DNA of 64,000 bases from assembly GCA_951406725.2 (NCBI GenBank), contig OX597827.1, forward strand, positions 56,420,001 to 56,484,000, written 5' to 3'. Under the pieces are notes generated by a model. That model searched no databases. It worked only from the letters and a program-made list of their open reading frames with translations, and was not told where the DNA came from. Origin of the DNA: Octopus vulgaris (Eukaryota). Each line of letters begins with the position of its first letter. The first letter of the stretch is position 1. A program made the position numbers and the translations under genes. Positions 37,158 to 50,207 of the stretch are shown piece by piece.

Positions 37158-38672
37158 AAATCTATTTACCATGAAAATAAATAAATAAAAGTTCATTTCA
37201 GGGATACAATATCAAAGACACAATCAAAAACTTAATTTATTTAGCAAATATTTTCTTTCTTTAAATTCTCCTGTCATCAAATATTTTCCTTCTTTTCTTT
37301 CAACACAAATGTAAACATACTAAGTGATTAACAAGCTAAATTTTAATAAATCAAAAGCAGATTTGTACACTTGCTTATTTCCCCATTACTTTCCTTCTTT
37401 CGTTGCATAATCCCAACATACAAATCCAGCCTTTTAATTACTTGGTATGCTTACATTTGTATTAAAAGAAAAAGGAAAATATTCAATAATGAGAGAATTT
37501 TAACCCTTTAACAATTCAGATTACTCTGTTAAATGTAATGCTTATTCATTTACACTGTTTTGAATTGACCCCGCATTATCTTGTAACTTTGAGGTTTTAA
37601 AGATGTGATTGTTACTTTTAGAATTACACTGTAGTATAGATGTGAGAGTGTAGACCTGACCAGTTTGAGCATAAAATAGAATATTTTGACTGGATATGGC
37701 TGGTTTAAGTGCTAAAGGGTTAAAATTGGAAATATTTGATAGCTGATGTAAATTCAGACATGGACACACATACACACACACACACACATACACACTCAGT
37801 GGGATTCCATAACAATTTCTGTCTATCCAGAACAATTGCCCGAGGTGCAACACAGGGGAACTGAACCTGAAATTGTGTGGTTGGGAAAGAAACACCTTGA
37901 CCACACAACCTCGTGTGTGTGCTCACCCCCCCCCCACACACACCCACACATGGCTGTATGGTTAAGTGGCTTGCTTCAGAACAATGCAGCTTTGGATTCA
38001 GTCTTGCTTTATGGCACTTTGGGCAAGTATCTTCTACTGTAGACTTGAATTGTGCATACATATATTGTTCAGTAAATATACTTTAGTAATTAAACCAAAA
38101 GTACTGCTCTTTAAAACTTTACAGTATTTGCTTTGCACTGAGTTACAGACAATGCATGAGAAAGCAATGAATCTAGGACTGGTTCAGTAACAATCTATAA
38201 CAAATGACATGAATGTTCACAGCATGGTATGTGTTTATTGGTAGTACTCAAAATAACAATATTGAGTTAGCTTGGCTGCTTTGCGTCATGCTTTTGCTTG
38301 GTGGGACTGGGGTCATTCCGAGTTAGTGGTCCCAGAGGCATCACAATGTGTAGAGTTGGCCAGGTCCACTAGTGCTCTCCATTGCAGATGGTTCCCTCTG
38401 CATCCTCCAAGGCGATGTTGAGCCTCTGAAGCCTTTCTCCAATCATGTCCAGCCATCTGGTGCAGGGCCTGGCACAAGGCCTCTTCCAGCCTGCAGCTGT
38501 GCATCAAATGAGAGTAAGGCCCTGGTAAGATGATCTAGCAGGGGACAGAGTTAGATGTGTTCTAAATACTAGTGATATACCGTTGATCTGTTAGTATCAA
38601 TGTGTTTGCCTTAATGGTTGTTATCCACATATTTTACTTTATTATTCCAAATTACTATATTTCCCTTTATGG

Positions 38673-39063
38673 GGAGGCGCAATGGCCCAGTGGTTAGGGC
38701 AGCGGACTCGCGGTCGGAGGATCGCGGTTTCGATTCCCAGACTGGGCGTTGTGTGTGTTTATTGAGCGAAAACACCTAAAGCTCCACGAGGCTCCGGCAG
38801 GAGGTGGTGGCGACCCCTGTTGTACTCTTTCGCCTCAACTTTCTCTCACTCCACTCTTACTTCCTGTTTCTGTTGTACCTGTATTTCAAGGGGCCGGCCT
38901 TGTCACTCTCTGTGTCACGCTGAATATCCCTGAGAACTATGTTAAGGGTGCACGTGTCTGTGGAGTGCTCAGCCACTTACACGTTAATTTCACGAGCAGG
39001 CTGTTCCAATGATTCGGATCAACAGGAACCCTCATCGTCATAACTGACGGAGTGCTTCCATCC
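38673..39063 (+). mobile_element. tRNA-derived SINE, family C (young, full length)
   Basis: A box TGGCCCAGTGG, B box GTTTCGATTCC, 14-bp TSD ATTTCCCTTTATGG. Confidence 0.9.
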
Positions 39064-39243
39064 ATTTCCCTTTATGGAGAGGTAGTATTTCAAAGATTTT
39101 TTTTCAGCATTGGCAACGAGGTAACTGATGTCTTCAATTTCAATTTGAATACCCTACATATCTCATCGCTTGATGCTTTTTGTCTTTTGTACAAAAAGGG
39201 TAGAGATTTCTTTCTCATACATTGAAATATGAAATATGAATTT

Positions 39244-39409
39244 AGGCACAGGAGTGGCTGTGTGGTAAGTAGCTTACTTACCAACCACATGGTTCCGGGT
39301 TCAGTCCCACTACATGGCACCTTGGGCAAGTGTCTTCTACTATAGCCTCGGGCCAACCAAAGCCTTATGAGTGGATTTGGTAGACGGAAACTGAAAGAAG
39401 CCCGTTGTA

Positions 39410-39499
<90 letters not shown>

Positions 39500-39735
39500 T
39501 GTGTGTGTGTGTGTATGTTTGTGTGTCCGTGTTTGTCCCCCCAACATTACTTGACAACCAGTGCTGGTGTGTTTACGTCCCCGTAACTTAGCGGTTCGGC
39601 AAAAGAGACCGATAGAATAAGTACTAGGCTTACAAAGGATAAGTCCTGGAGTCGAGTTGCTCAACTAAAGGCAGTGCTCCAGCATGGCCGCACTCAAATG
39701 ACTGAAACAAGTAAAAGAATAAGAGAGTAAAGAGT
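39244..39735 (+). mobile_element. SINE A with expanded internal (TA)n (~39407-39496)
   Basis: Family A consensus. Confidence 0.92.
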
Positions 39736-39973
39736 ATTGGCAATCCATGCCAGTTCTTTTAGTGTAGCTTATTCCTTTCATGGTCTGTGTTTTGCATTTC
39801 AAGACACATGCATATCCTTCTAAGAGAAATGATCTATATGTTGTTAGGTTGGATTTTCTAATGCTCTATAGGGAGAGATGAGTACCAGTTCTTGTTTCCT
39901 TATTTGTGGTTTCCTTTCAACTTAATTAGTAACCCTAATGTTTTCATATTCGCATGAGTACATGCACATCCAT

Positions 39974-40010
<37 letters not shown>

Positions 40011-40462
40011 CGTGTGTGTCTGAGTTTGTCCCCCATCACTGTTTGACAACTGGCATTGATGTGTTTACATCCCCATAACTTAGCAGTTCAACAAAAGTGA
40101 CTGATAGAATAAGTGCTAGGCTTAAAAACAAAAATAATAAGTATTGGGATTGATTCATTCGACTAAAATTCCTCAAGGTGGTGGTACCCCAGCATGGCTG
40201 CTGTCTCACGACAAAACATAAGATAAAACATAAAGATGCAGGGGGTGGGAGGTGTTACATGAAAGTGAAATTTCTTGTCAGAGACAGCCACATAAACAGT
40301 GTAAGGAAATTGAAGGAAGATGTTAAAACTTCCTCTCTGCGAGTTTATTTTATTCAACAGCAAAGGGGGCTATTTTTTCAGAGAGAAGTATGATTGGCAT
40401 GGTCAAAAACGGCAATATAATACCTACTTGTAAAAGTAGAGTTAAAGGAATGTGTTTTATAT

Positions 40463-40862
40463 AGGCACAGGAGTGGCTGTGTGGTAAGTAGCTTGCTAAC
40501 CAACCACATGGTTCCGGGTTCAGTCCCACTGCATGGCATCTTGGGCAAGTGTCTTCTGCTATAGCCCCAGGCCAACCAATGCTTTGTGAGTGGATTTGGT
40601 AGATGGAAACTGAAAGAAGCCTGTCGTATATATGTATATATATATGTGTGTGTATGTGTTTGTGTGTCTGTGTTTATCCCCCTAGCATTGCTTGACAACC
40701 GATGCTGGTGTGTTTACGTCCCCGTCACTTAGCGGTTCGGCAAAAGAGACCGATAGAATAAGTCCTGGGCTTACAAAGAATAAGTCCCGGGGTCAATTTG
40801 CTTGACTAAAGGCGGTGCTCCAGCATGGCCGCAGTCTAATGACTGAAACAAGTAAAAAAAAA
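40463..40862 (+). mobile_element. SINE A
   Basis: Family A consensus. Confidence 0.92.
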
Positions 40863-41543
40863 ATATGTGCTTACAGTATACGACCACTCTGAAATTGAAA
40901 AATGAAGACATGAAGAGTTTGACTTCAGTTCATGAATACTGTTTTGAATCTTTAGCAGTTCACAGTGAAAAGATGTCACGTTGTAAGGCAGACAAATAAT
41001 AAATTTTAAAAATGTGAAAACAACTAAACAATATACTGTAATGCAAATATATGACCAGATAGATTAAAAAAGTATGGAAACCAGTTGAAATAAATGAATA
41101 GACAAAATCCTTTCACTTTTATAATATTCTCTAACCAAATCACTTGAACACAAAATACACACCAATACACAATTAAAAAAATATATAGAAAGTAATAATA
41201 CACAATTACAACATATAAATAAATAATAAATCAAAAACATGTGAAAACCATTAAAAAATATTTTCTAATGTCAATATATTACCATATAGATTAACAAAGT
41301 ATGGAAGACCCTACATACAAAAAAACTATGTACATACAACGAATTAGAGAAAAACTTGTGTAAACCACCTTTTGCCTGGTTTGTCCATTTACACAGGAGC
41401 TCTAGGCAAAATGTTATAGTGCATGACCTTTCTTAGATATAAGTAATGTGCATGTAAAGTTTGGTGAAAATCAGTTGAGAATTGTAGAAATGTATGCGTT
41501 AGTCAATATACACACACACATACTGTGATTAGCAGTAGATAGA

Positions 41544-41674
41544 TTAGCAGAAGCAACAGAATGACTCAAGGGCTGAGGGTTTCATATAATTGGTACTTAT
41601 CAAACTTGAGTTAAACCTTGATAAGCGCCAACTCACAAAACTCTTGGCCTGAATCACTCTGTTGCTTCTGCTAA
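41544..41674. repeat. Imperfect foldback/hairpin, ~131 bp
   Basis: TTAGCAGAAGCAACAGA...CTTATCAA pairs with TTGATAAG...TCTGTTGCTTCTGCTAA. Confidence 0.8.
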
Positions 41675-42035
41675 ATATTGATATTAATATTGGTTTCAAA
41701 TTTTGCCACAAGGCCAGCAACTTCTGTGGAGGAGTAAGTCAATTATATCAACCCCAGTACTTAACTGTTAGTTAAGTACTGGTATGCATGCATACATACA
41801 TATATATATACAAGCATATATATTGCAGGTATTTGTTAACTTCACTTGTATTGGTTCCATGTGAAAAGCACCCAATACACTTAATAGAGTGATTGGCTCT
41901 AGGAAAGGCATCCACCAGTAGAAACCATGCTAAAACAGACATAGAACCAGGTGAAGCCCTCTGGCTCATCTGTTCTTGTCAAACCATCCAGCCCATGCCA
42001 TATGGAAAAGGGGATATTAAATGACAATGACGATG

Positions 42036-42269
42036 ATTTCATCTCAATCGAAGGAGAGGGGCTTTCTCCGTCCGGGTTGCGGATCCGTGGAATAAGCTAC
42101 CGGACGAGATAGTGAAGATGCCGACAACTGCTCGGTTCAAAGTCTCCCTTGACCACAAGTGGCCTGATCTCTTTACATGAACACCACCCTGTACATAACT
42201 CCATGTCCCCCTACATGGCCTTGCTTTTTGCTTTTTGAGCCAAAAAATTAACTAACTAACTAACTAACT
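42036..42269 (+). mobile_element. CR1/L2-type LINE 3' end with (TAAC)n tail
   Basis: Translates RRRGAFSVRVADPWNKLPDEIV...RFKVSLD, the typical FSxRV..WNxLP..FK..LD motif. Confidence 0.85.
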
Positions 42270-42681
42270 TGCTTGTATATTATTTTTTATTCATTAACCA
42301 ATTAGCATTCAGATTACTCTGTCAAATGCAATGCTTATTTATTCACATTGTTTTGAATTAATCATGCATTATCTTGTGGCTTCAAGATTTCAATGGTGTG
42401 TTTGTTTATTTTCAGAATGACATTGTACAGTAGGTGTGAGAGGCCGGATCTGGTAGGTTTGAATATAAAACAGATATAATATTTGGGCCAGATATAGCTA
42501 GTTTAAGTGATAAAACGAAACATGAATTTCATTCAGTTAATCCCTTTCAATAGAGTTTATCATGAGTAATTAACTATAACACTGGATATTTATTAATCAT
42601 GGATTTTCCATCAGTATCCATTGGAATAATCCTGAAGAACAAACGCTGTTTTCATAAAAGATGAGGATAGTCCTAACTGAA

Positions 42682-43205
42682 ATCATCATTTAGAGTCCAC
42701 TGTCCATGCTGGTATGGGTTAGACAGTTTGACTGAAACTGGTAAGATGGAGAGCTGCACCAAGCTCCAGTCTGTTCTGGATTAGTTTCCACAATTGGTTG
42801 CCTTTCCTAACACCAACCACTTTACCTTGTGTACCAGGTGCTTCTAACATGTCACCAGTACAGGTGCTTTTAACATGTCACCAGCATGGGTGTCATTAAT
42901 GTGTCACTGGCATAGATGCCTTTTATGTGTCATCGGCATGGGTTACCTTTTATATGTCACCAGCACAGGTGTCTTTTATGTGTCACCAGCACTGGCCACA
43001 ACCATGATTTCACTTAGCTTGACATGTCTTCTCAAGCTCAGCAGATTGCCAACAGTCTTTGTTACTTGCCATCACCTCCATGAGACCCAGCATCTGAAGA
43101 TCATATTTCACCACCCCATCCCACATCTTCCTGGATCTACCTCTTCCACAGGTTCCCTCCACAGTTATAGATTGGCACTTCTTTACACAGCTGTCCTCAT
43201 CCAAT
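42682..43205 (-). mobile_element. 5'-truncated RTE LINE (same family as 1-1072)
   Basis: ORF 43010..43204 MDEDSCVKKC...GRGRSRKMW, then 3'UTR repeats and tail. Confidence 0.85.
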
Positions 43206-43714
43206 GTTTTTGATAATTGGTCAACTCAAGTAAATGAGGGTAATAAATTTAATCTATTGCCCAGTACAACAGTCACCACTATCTGGTCACTGAGTGCCTC
43301 TAGAGGAGCTCACTCTACAGTAAACATGCAGATCAAGGTCTCTAAACTGAGGGTAACTTTCTCCAACCAAGCTGAGAAGGGTCATGAGAATCATCCTTAC
43401 TCTTTTAACTCATTAACATTTAAACCAGCCATATCCAGCCCAAATATTCTACCTATTTTATATTCAAACCAGCCAGATCCAACCTCTCACACCTACCCTG
43501 CAATGTTATTCTGAAAATAAACAATCACATCTTTGAAATCTCAAAGGTATGACATAAGACAGTATTAATTGTATAAAATGTGAATAAATAAGTATTACTT
43601 TTGACAAAGTAATCTGAATGATAAAGGGTTAAAAACCTGTTTTCCTTAAACATTCATGTAACAAAATCATTAGTATTATTTGAATAGGGGTTAAGGTGAT
43701 ATTCTGTCTGAATT

Positions 43715-45745
43715 GCTTGCATGGTAGACAAAACGCTTAGCAGCATTTTTTCCAACTTTGCATTCTCAGTTCAAATTAAACCAAGGTCCAATTTGCCTTT
43801 CATCTTTTTGGGGTTAATAAAATAAGTACCAGTTGAGCATTGGGATTGATGTAATCAACTATCCCCCTTCCCCAAAATTTCAGGCCTTGTGCTTATAGTA
43901 GAAATGATTGTTTGAATGGATGTCACAAAAATCAGGGTGAACTGACACTTGCAAAGTTCTATTATTGAACTGTAGAGTCATTAGCATGCCAGACAAAATA
44001 CTTAGAGGCATTTCTTCTAGTTTTTTACATTCTGAGTTCAAATGCCACCAAGACTGACTTTACCTTTCATCCTTTTAGGGTCAATAAAATCAGTACCAGT
44101 CAAGTACCGTGGAAGTGGAAGTAGGAGGGGAGGTCAATGTAATTGATTAACACCTTTTCCCTCTAAATTTGCTGTTCATGTGCCAAAGTTTCAAAACATT
44201 AGTACTACCATAAAATACAAGTCAAGTACTGGAGATGTTAGTGTATCAACAAACACCCTCTCCTCAAAACTGCTGGCTTTGAGTATAAATTAGAAATGAC
44301 TATCGTTTATCATTACATCATCATTAGTATTATCATTAGAATTTTGGGCTGTTTTGCAGTATTTACTCTCTTTTACTTGTTTCAGTCATTTGACTGTGGC
44401 CATGCTGGAGCACTACCTTTAGTCGAGCAAATTGACCCCAAGACTTATTCTTTGTAAGCCTAGTACTTATTCTATCGGTCTCTTTTGCTGAACCGCTAAG
44501 TTACGGGGACATAAACATATCAGCATCGGTTATCAAGTGATGTTGGGGGGACAAACAAACACACATATATACATATATATGAAGGGATTCTTTCAGTTTC
44601 CGTCTACCAAATCCACTCACAAGGCTTTGGTCGGCCCGAGGCTATAGTAGAAGACACTTGCCCAAGGTGCCACGCAGTGGGACTGAACCCAGAACCATGT
44701 TCAAGTTTTTTTTATGTCTTGAGTTCAAATTCTGCCATGGTCAACTTAGTCCTTCATCCATTGGTGACAAATAAAATATGTACCAGTTGAGCACTGAGAT
44801 CGATATAATCGGCAAGCACCTTCCCCCCAAATTTCAGACCTTGTACCTATAGTAGAAAAAAATTAAGATGGCAAGCTGGCAGAATCATTAGCATGGTGGG
44901 TAAACTGCTTAACAGCATTTCACCTGTCTTTGCGTTCTGAGTTTAAATTCCATCAAGGTTGACTTTGCTTTTCATCCTTTCAGGTTGAATAAAGTACCAG
45001 TTGAAGACTGGGATTGATGTAATCGATTTACCCACTTACCCAAAATGACTGGCCTTGTGCCAAAATTTGAAACCAATAATATTATCCCTATTATTATTAG
45101 GGTAGCGAGCTGGTAGAATTGTTAGTATGTTGGGTACAATGCTTAGCTGCATTCAATTTGTCTTTGCGTTCTGAGTTCAAATTGTGCCAAATTCAGCTTT
45201 GCCTTTCATCCTTTCGGGGTCGATAAAATAAAGTATCAGTTGACGCCTGGGGTTGGTGTAACCAACTTATCCCCTTCCCCAAAGTTGTTGGCCTTGTACC
45301 AGAGTATGAAACCAATATTATTTAGGGACAGTGGAATGGAAGGAGAATTGTTAAAGCATCAAATAAAATTACATTCTGAGTTCGATTCCAAGTGGAGTTC
45401 ATTCTACCTTGCATCCATCCAGGATCCTTAAAATAAGGTACCGGTCAAGTACTGGAGTTGATGCAATCAGTAAATACCCTTTCTTCAAAACAATTAGCTT
45501 TGACCCTAAATTAGAAATTATTCTTAATATGTTGGATTGGCAGAATCGTTAGAGAGCTGGAAAAAACATGCCATGCAGTATTTCTTCTGATTCTTTAACT
45601 TCTGTGTTCAAATCCCGCTGGGGTCAATTTTGTCTTCCATCCCCCTGGGATCGATAAAATAAACTACTAGCATGGTACTGGGGATGAAATTATCGACTAC
45701 TCCGTATCCCCTCAGAAAAAAGTTGGCCTTGTGTCTAAATCAGAA
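43715..45745 (+). mobile_element. Head-to-tail array of ~7 SINE B copies, one interrupted by a minus-strand SINE A (44362-44699)
   Basis: Repeated GAGTTCAAAT..TTTGCCTTTCATCC..AGTACCAGT..GGCCTTGTGC units about every 220-250 bp. Confidence 0.85.
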
Positions 45746-45776
<31 letters not shown>

Positions 45777-47883
45777 CAAATCCGCTCGGCTTGTATTATA
45801 TATAATTTTATAATTCATCCAATAATCACACCTCCGCAAATTAGGGTTTGTTTTCTTTGCTATGTTTCCATTGGCAAATAAAGAAACCATTGCAATTCTT
45901 ATAATCGCTATTATAATTATTAACTTTATTTACCGTGACCTCTATGATGTTCTAGCAGTTTGCCATTTAAGGAATAAAATTCCGACGTAAAAAGAAAGAA
46001 AAAAAATAGATGTTCAAATTGAGACGAAGTGATTGATATAACTTGTGAGGGTTGGACGATATACTGAATTCCTTTTACGAACGTGGTTGAAATAATTTTT
46101 TTCTTTTAAATATATATATAGGAAGAAAAATGCCTTTGATTATGTCTATTGTTTCTGAAAATTGATTAAATCAATGTTAATCGATTTAAAATAGCGCATT
46201 AAATATAAACACAAGAGACAGAGGAGCATCGACGCAGATAACGAAAGAAAACACAAATGTACGTGCACACACACACGCAAGATTACATCAATCTTTCGAA
46301 GGTAGCTTCTAACTGAATCAAATATAATTACAGTAACTGTATTTAAGTGTGTGTGTGTACACCACACACACATTCTATGTTGATTGTTTCTTTTTCGGAG
46401 ATCTGTCAAATGACATTCGACATTGAAACTACAGTGGACACTCAACACAAACACACACAGTGTCAAAGAGGGAAAAGTATTGGGGTTAGAGGGTCGTTTG
46501 TTGCGATCCTTAACTAAAAGGGCTTAGGTTTAGCAAGTACGTAAAAGGAATCCGACTCCACCGCCGGCTTTCTTAAATATAGGCTCGGTTATAAAGCGCT
46601 TCATACCAAATACCATTCTTTAAAAAATATCTTTTTAATGAAATACTTGTAAGAATCTCCGTTTTCTCTCTCTCTCACACACAAATAAATGTAGTGGATT
46701 TTAATGATTTAGGCAACCATATACTTAAGCATTGCTTCTTTCTGTCAGTCACACGACAGTCCATCAAGTCTCTCCTATATTTAAACTATAAATGCGCAAA
46801 AAGAAAATGTAAACAAATAATATATAAAACAAGGATGAAAACGATCCACTTTTTACGGTTTTAGAACGTAGAAAGAATTTTTAAACAATGATAAGCGAAG
46901 TCAAAGCAGAACTGAGTGCATTTGTTTTAAAATAGAATAATTTCTTATATAGATACAAAACTACACATTTGTTATTGTTTAACCCCAAGGCATCGTCCCT
47001 GATGAGCAGATCGATCTTTGATCAAAAACATTCTAACGGTTATCATCGCGTCTTTATTTATTTTGGTAATTTTTCACCTTTATTTTTTTCCTTAGACAAA
47101 ATGTACCCCAGACTGCCTTATCTAACGACCTTTTTATTTAAAGACAGTATGATGTGATTTGAGGGATATTTGGCTGTTGTTGAGTAAACCCAGTGACCTC
47201 ATAGACTCCCTCGCTGGTTCGTTAGAGATGTGAGAAATACAGTCCAACAACTGAACTTCATTTTATCTACCTAGGAAGGTGTGAACAATAAAGTCCTTAA
47301 ATTTGAGATTAGAATGCAGAGGAACGAAAATACAAAACAGTTTGGTATCGTACCGTTGCCACTGCTCCACGACACTTAAACAAAATAACATAACAAAATT
47401 AAAAAAACGAACAATAATTAGATCAACTATGATTTCACTTGATAACATACAAAACATCAGATCTATAGGGGGGGGGAATAAATGGGGTGCTGTCACATTC
47501 ATGCATCTCCCGAAGACTTTAGTGAAATGAAGTTGGCAACAATCAAACATAAAAGCGGGTCTTCGACTTGGCTCACCGGGATCTTGCTCACCTATCATCT
47601 TTACCATCGTTCGATCGGACTAACGAGAGGGCCCCTACTCATTAAACTTGTAATAATAGCAGCCAGATCTGTGTGAAATCATTCTGACTTTCTTAAAAAA
47701 TAAGATGGACATAACAGATAATGCAGACCTAGATACATTGCGTCTGAAAGAAAGACTAAATTGTCACGACGGGAACGCTTTTCATCATAACTCTGCTCAG
47801 TTGTACCTATGATCAGAGATGGCTAAACAACATCATTTCTTACAGATGACAATATAAACATGAAGTATGACCACACACACAGA

Positions 47884-47948
<65 letters not shown>

Positions 47949-47991
47949 AATGGTGACAGAGAGTGGGGTGAGAGAAATGCAGTTGACTTAC

Positions 47992-48376
47992 CCATAGTAC
48001 CAGGTCGCACAAGCGGATTTCCAGGTGACTTTCTTGTGTCATCAGATGTATTTGTGGTGTTAGTGTGCGTCGTTGTACAAGTAGTGCTAGAATTTGATGT
48101 CGGCGATGTCGTCTCGTTTTCGGTAAATAGTTCCTCTGCCGATGATGACAACAAAGGGAAATCTGCTGCAGTCTGAGAATATGCCACCATATTTTGGTCC
48201 TTGCTCGGAACAGAGGGCAATTCAGAGCCAGAGAAGGCTCGATCTTTGTGAACCATCCTCGTGTTAGTTGCATCTACATTTTCACAACGGCTGTGAGTCG
48301 AACCTTCACAGCCACTGACTGCATTTCGTTGTAACAGAACCTCCTCCGACATTGCTTCCATCGGTTCTTCGTCCAT
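47992..48376 (-). CDS. CACUL1: CACUL1 coding exon 1 (MDEEPMEAMSEE...RPGTM), low-complexity acidic/Thr-rich N-terminus
   Basis: Kozak context CACCATGG, donor GTAAGT, phase 1 fits exon 2. Total 372 aa is close to vertebrate CACUL1, which also has a long acidic low-complexity N-terminus. Confidence 0.8.
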
Positions 48377-48443
48377 GGTGATGCAACTCAATTGTCTTAG
48401 GTTTTTCAAAAAAAAAAAAAAATGCAACTAACACACACCGACG

Positions 48444-48526
48444 CTAAAAAAAAAAAAATTAGAAACGAAATTTGAATTACAGTTCCACTAAAACTATTTA
48501 CTTATTCAAATTAGCTGAGCACTCAC
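48444..48526 (-). other. CACUL1: Probable 83-nt 5'UTR intron of CACUL1
   Basis: Donor GTGAGT (48521-48526), branch-like CTAAT, poly-T tract and TAG acceptor (48444). Confidence 0.6.
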
Positions 48527-48730
48527 CAGGTAAGCGAGCCGAATTGAAATCTCGCGTACAACAGACAACCATCTGCGGTCGTTTTATGGCAAATAACTGC
48601 CAGGGGAGAAAATCAAAAACCGGCAGATTTACGACAGTCGTCGTAAAATGCACGTTATGCGATTTCCTCGACAATTGACGACGCTCAGAGATTACTTTTA
48701 AAACGCTTGACGATTTCCCAAACGCTTTTA
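48527..48730 (-). promoter_or_regulatory. CpG-rich putative first non-coding exon and promoter of CACUL1
   Basis: CpG density far above the window background, directly upstream of the UTR intron. Confidence 0.55.
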
Positions 48731-49034
48731 TTGATGTTAGAATTCTATATAGTGCTTTTATTCTTTTTTTACCAATACTTATTGTTGTTGTTTTTTTTAT
48801 ATATAGTAAATAAAAAAATAATACGGAGATTAACTTGCATAGCAAGTGACCTGATCTGAGATCGTGCGCTGGAACGAAAACAATTGCAGCGTGGAAGGTG
48901 TTTATAAGCCATTTAAGAAACACAAAAACCGTTAGATTCACTTCGACATTTAAATTTAATTAGCCAAAATATTTTCGTCGCTTTGAGACCGCGACCTGTT
49001 CACAAATAACTTAGTTGGGATTAAATATGTATTA

Positions 49035-49411
49035 CTCTCTCTCTCTCTCTTTTACTTGTTTCAGTCATTTGACTGCGGCCATGCTGGAGCACCGCCTTTA
49101 GTCGAGCAAATCGACCCCGGGACTTATTCTTTGTAAGCCCAGTACTTATTCTATCGGTCTCTTTTTGCCGAACCGCTAGGTGACGGGGACGTAAGCACAC
49201 CAGCATCGGTTGTCAAACACAGACACACACATATATACACATATATACGACAGGCTTCTTTCAGTTTCCGTCTACCAAATCCACTCAAAAGGCATTGGTC
49301 GGCCCGGGGCTATAGCAGAAGACACTTGCCCAAGATGCCACGCAGTGGGACTGAACCCAGAACCATGTGGTTAGTTAGCAAGCTACTTACCACACAGCCA
49401 CTCCTGCGCCT
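49035..49411 (-). mobile_element. SINE A (young, CpG-intact)
   Basis: Family A consensus. Confidence 0.92.
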
Positions 49412-49532
49412 ATTGTATATATAACGTAATTTTATTTTTATCTCCTTAATATTTGAAATGTATAGGTCATGCTTAGTAAGTCTATTTCAAAATCTGAGTT
49501 TTTGAAATTGCTTTTGTAATTAAAATATTTAT

Positions 49533-49594
<62 letters not shown>

Positions 49595-49979
49595 CCTTTT
49601 ACACCTACCCTACAGCTATTTCATAGCTTTGAGATTTTGACAATGTGATTGTTTATTTTTAAAATGGCACTGTAGGGTAGGTGTAAAAGGCCAGATCTGA
49701 CCAGTTTAACGATAAAACAGGTAGAATGCTTTGGCCAGATATGGTCATTTTAAATGCTAAAGGGTTAAACCTGATTGGACCAATTACAAAGAGTGTAAAC
49801 GACATGGAAAAGATGCTGTCTGACTGTCTGTCTCTCTCAATGACTTTAAAAAACTTAACACATGCTCTTTCATCATCATCATCAGAAAGAATTTCCTGCA
49901 TTCAATCCTGCAGCTTGAATTTGATGGTAAAACAGAATATGTTATTTTAAATTTCTGGAACTCATCATTAATATGCAGC

Positions 49980-50207
49980 TTAAGCCTTTTGTTATCATAT
50001 TTCTGTCAATATATTTTTTGTGTTCGTTTCAATTAATTTTGAAGATAATGAAGAATTTAGTAAAATAACTTTCTCGTTATTAATCTGAGGTCTAGGACAA
50101 ATCAGCATAAAATCTTGATGACAGATTATAATTTAGACCACTTTAAAACAGTAAGTTTATGACATAGAACCTGGGGTGGTCACAGGTGGGTTGGTATCAA
50201 GGGTTAA
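49980..50207. mobile_element. piggyBac-type MITE, family 2
   Basis: TTAA..CTTTTGTTA...GAAGAATTTAGTAAAATAAC...GGTTGGTATCAAGGGTTAA. Relatives near 32489, 34010, 63081 and 63778. Confidence 0.65.

Noticed and set aside
38673-38745. tRNA gene at SINE C/D/A heads
   Set aside because: A and B boxes are present but there is no closing acceptor stem, and the sequence continues into SINE body flanked by TSDs.
27073-47991. Nested protein-coding gene in the 21-kb CACUL1 intron 1
   Set aside because: No ORF or exon with recognisable homology other than TE remnants. Small exons cannot be excluded without RNA data.
47840-48427. Stand-alone 195-aa ORF
   Set aside because: It starts at a non-ATG codon in a poly-T UTR and runs into an intronic (TA)n. 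The real part is CACUL1 exon 1 (48376-47992).
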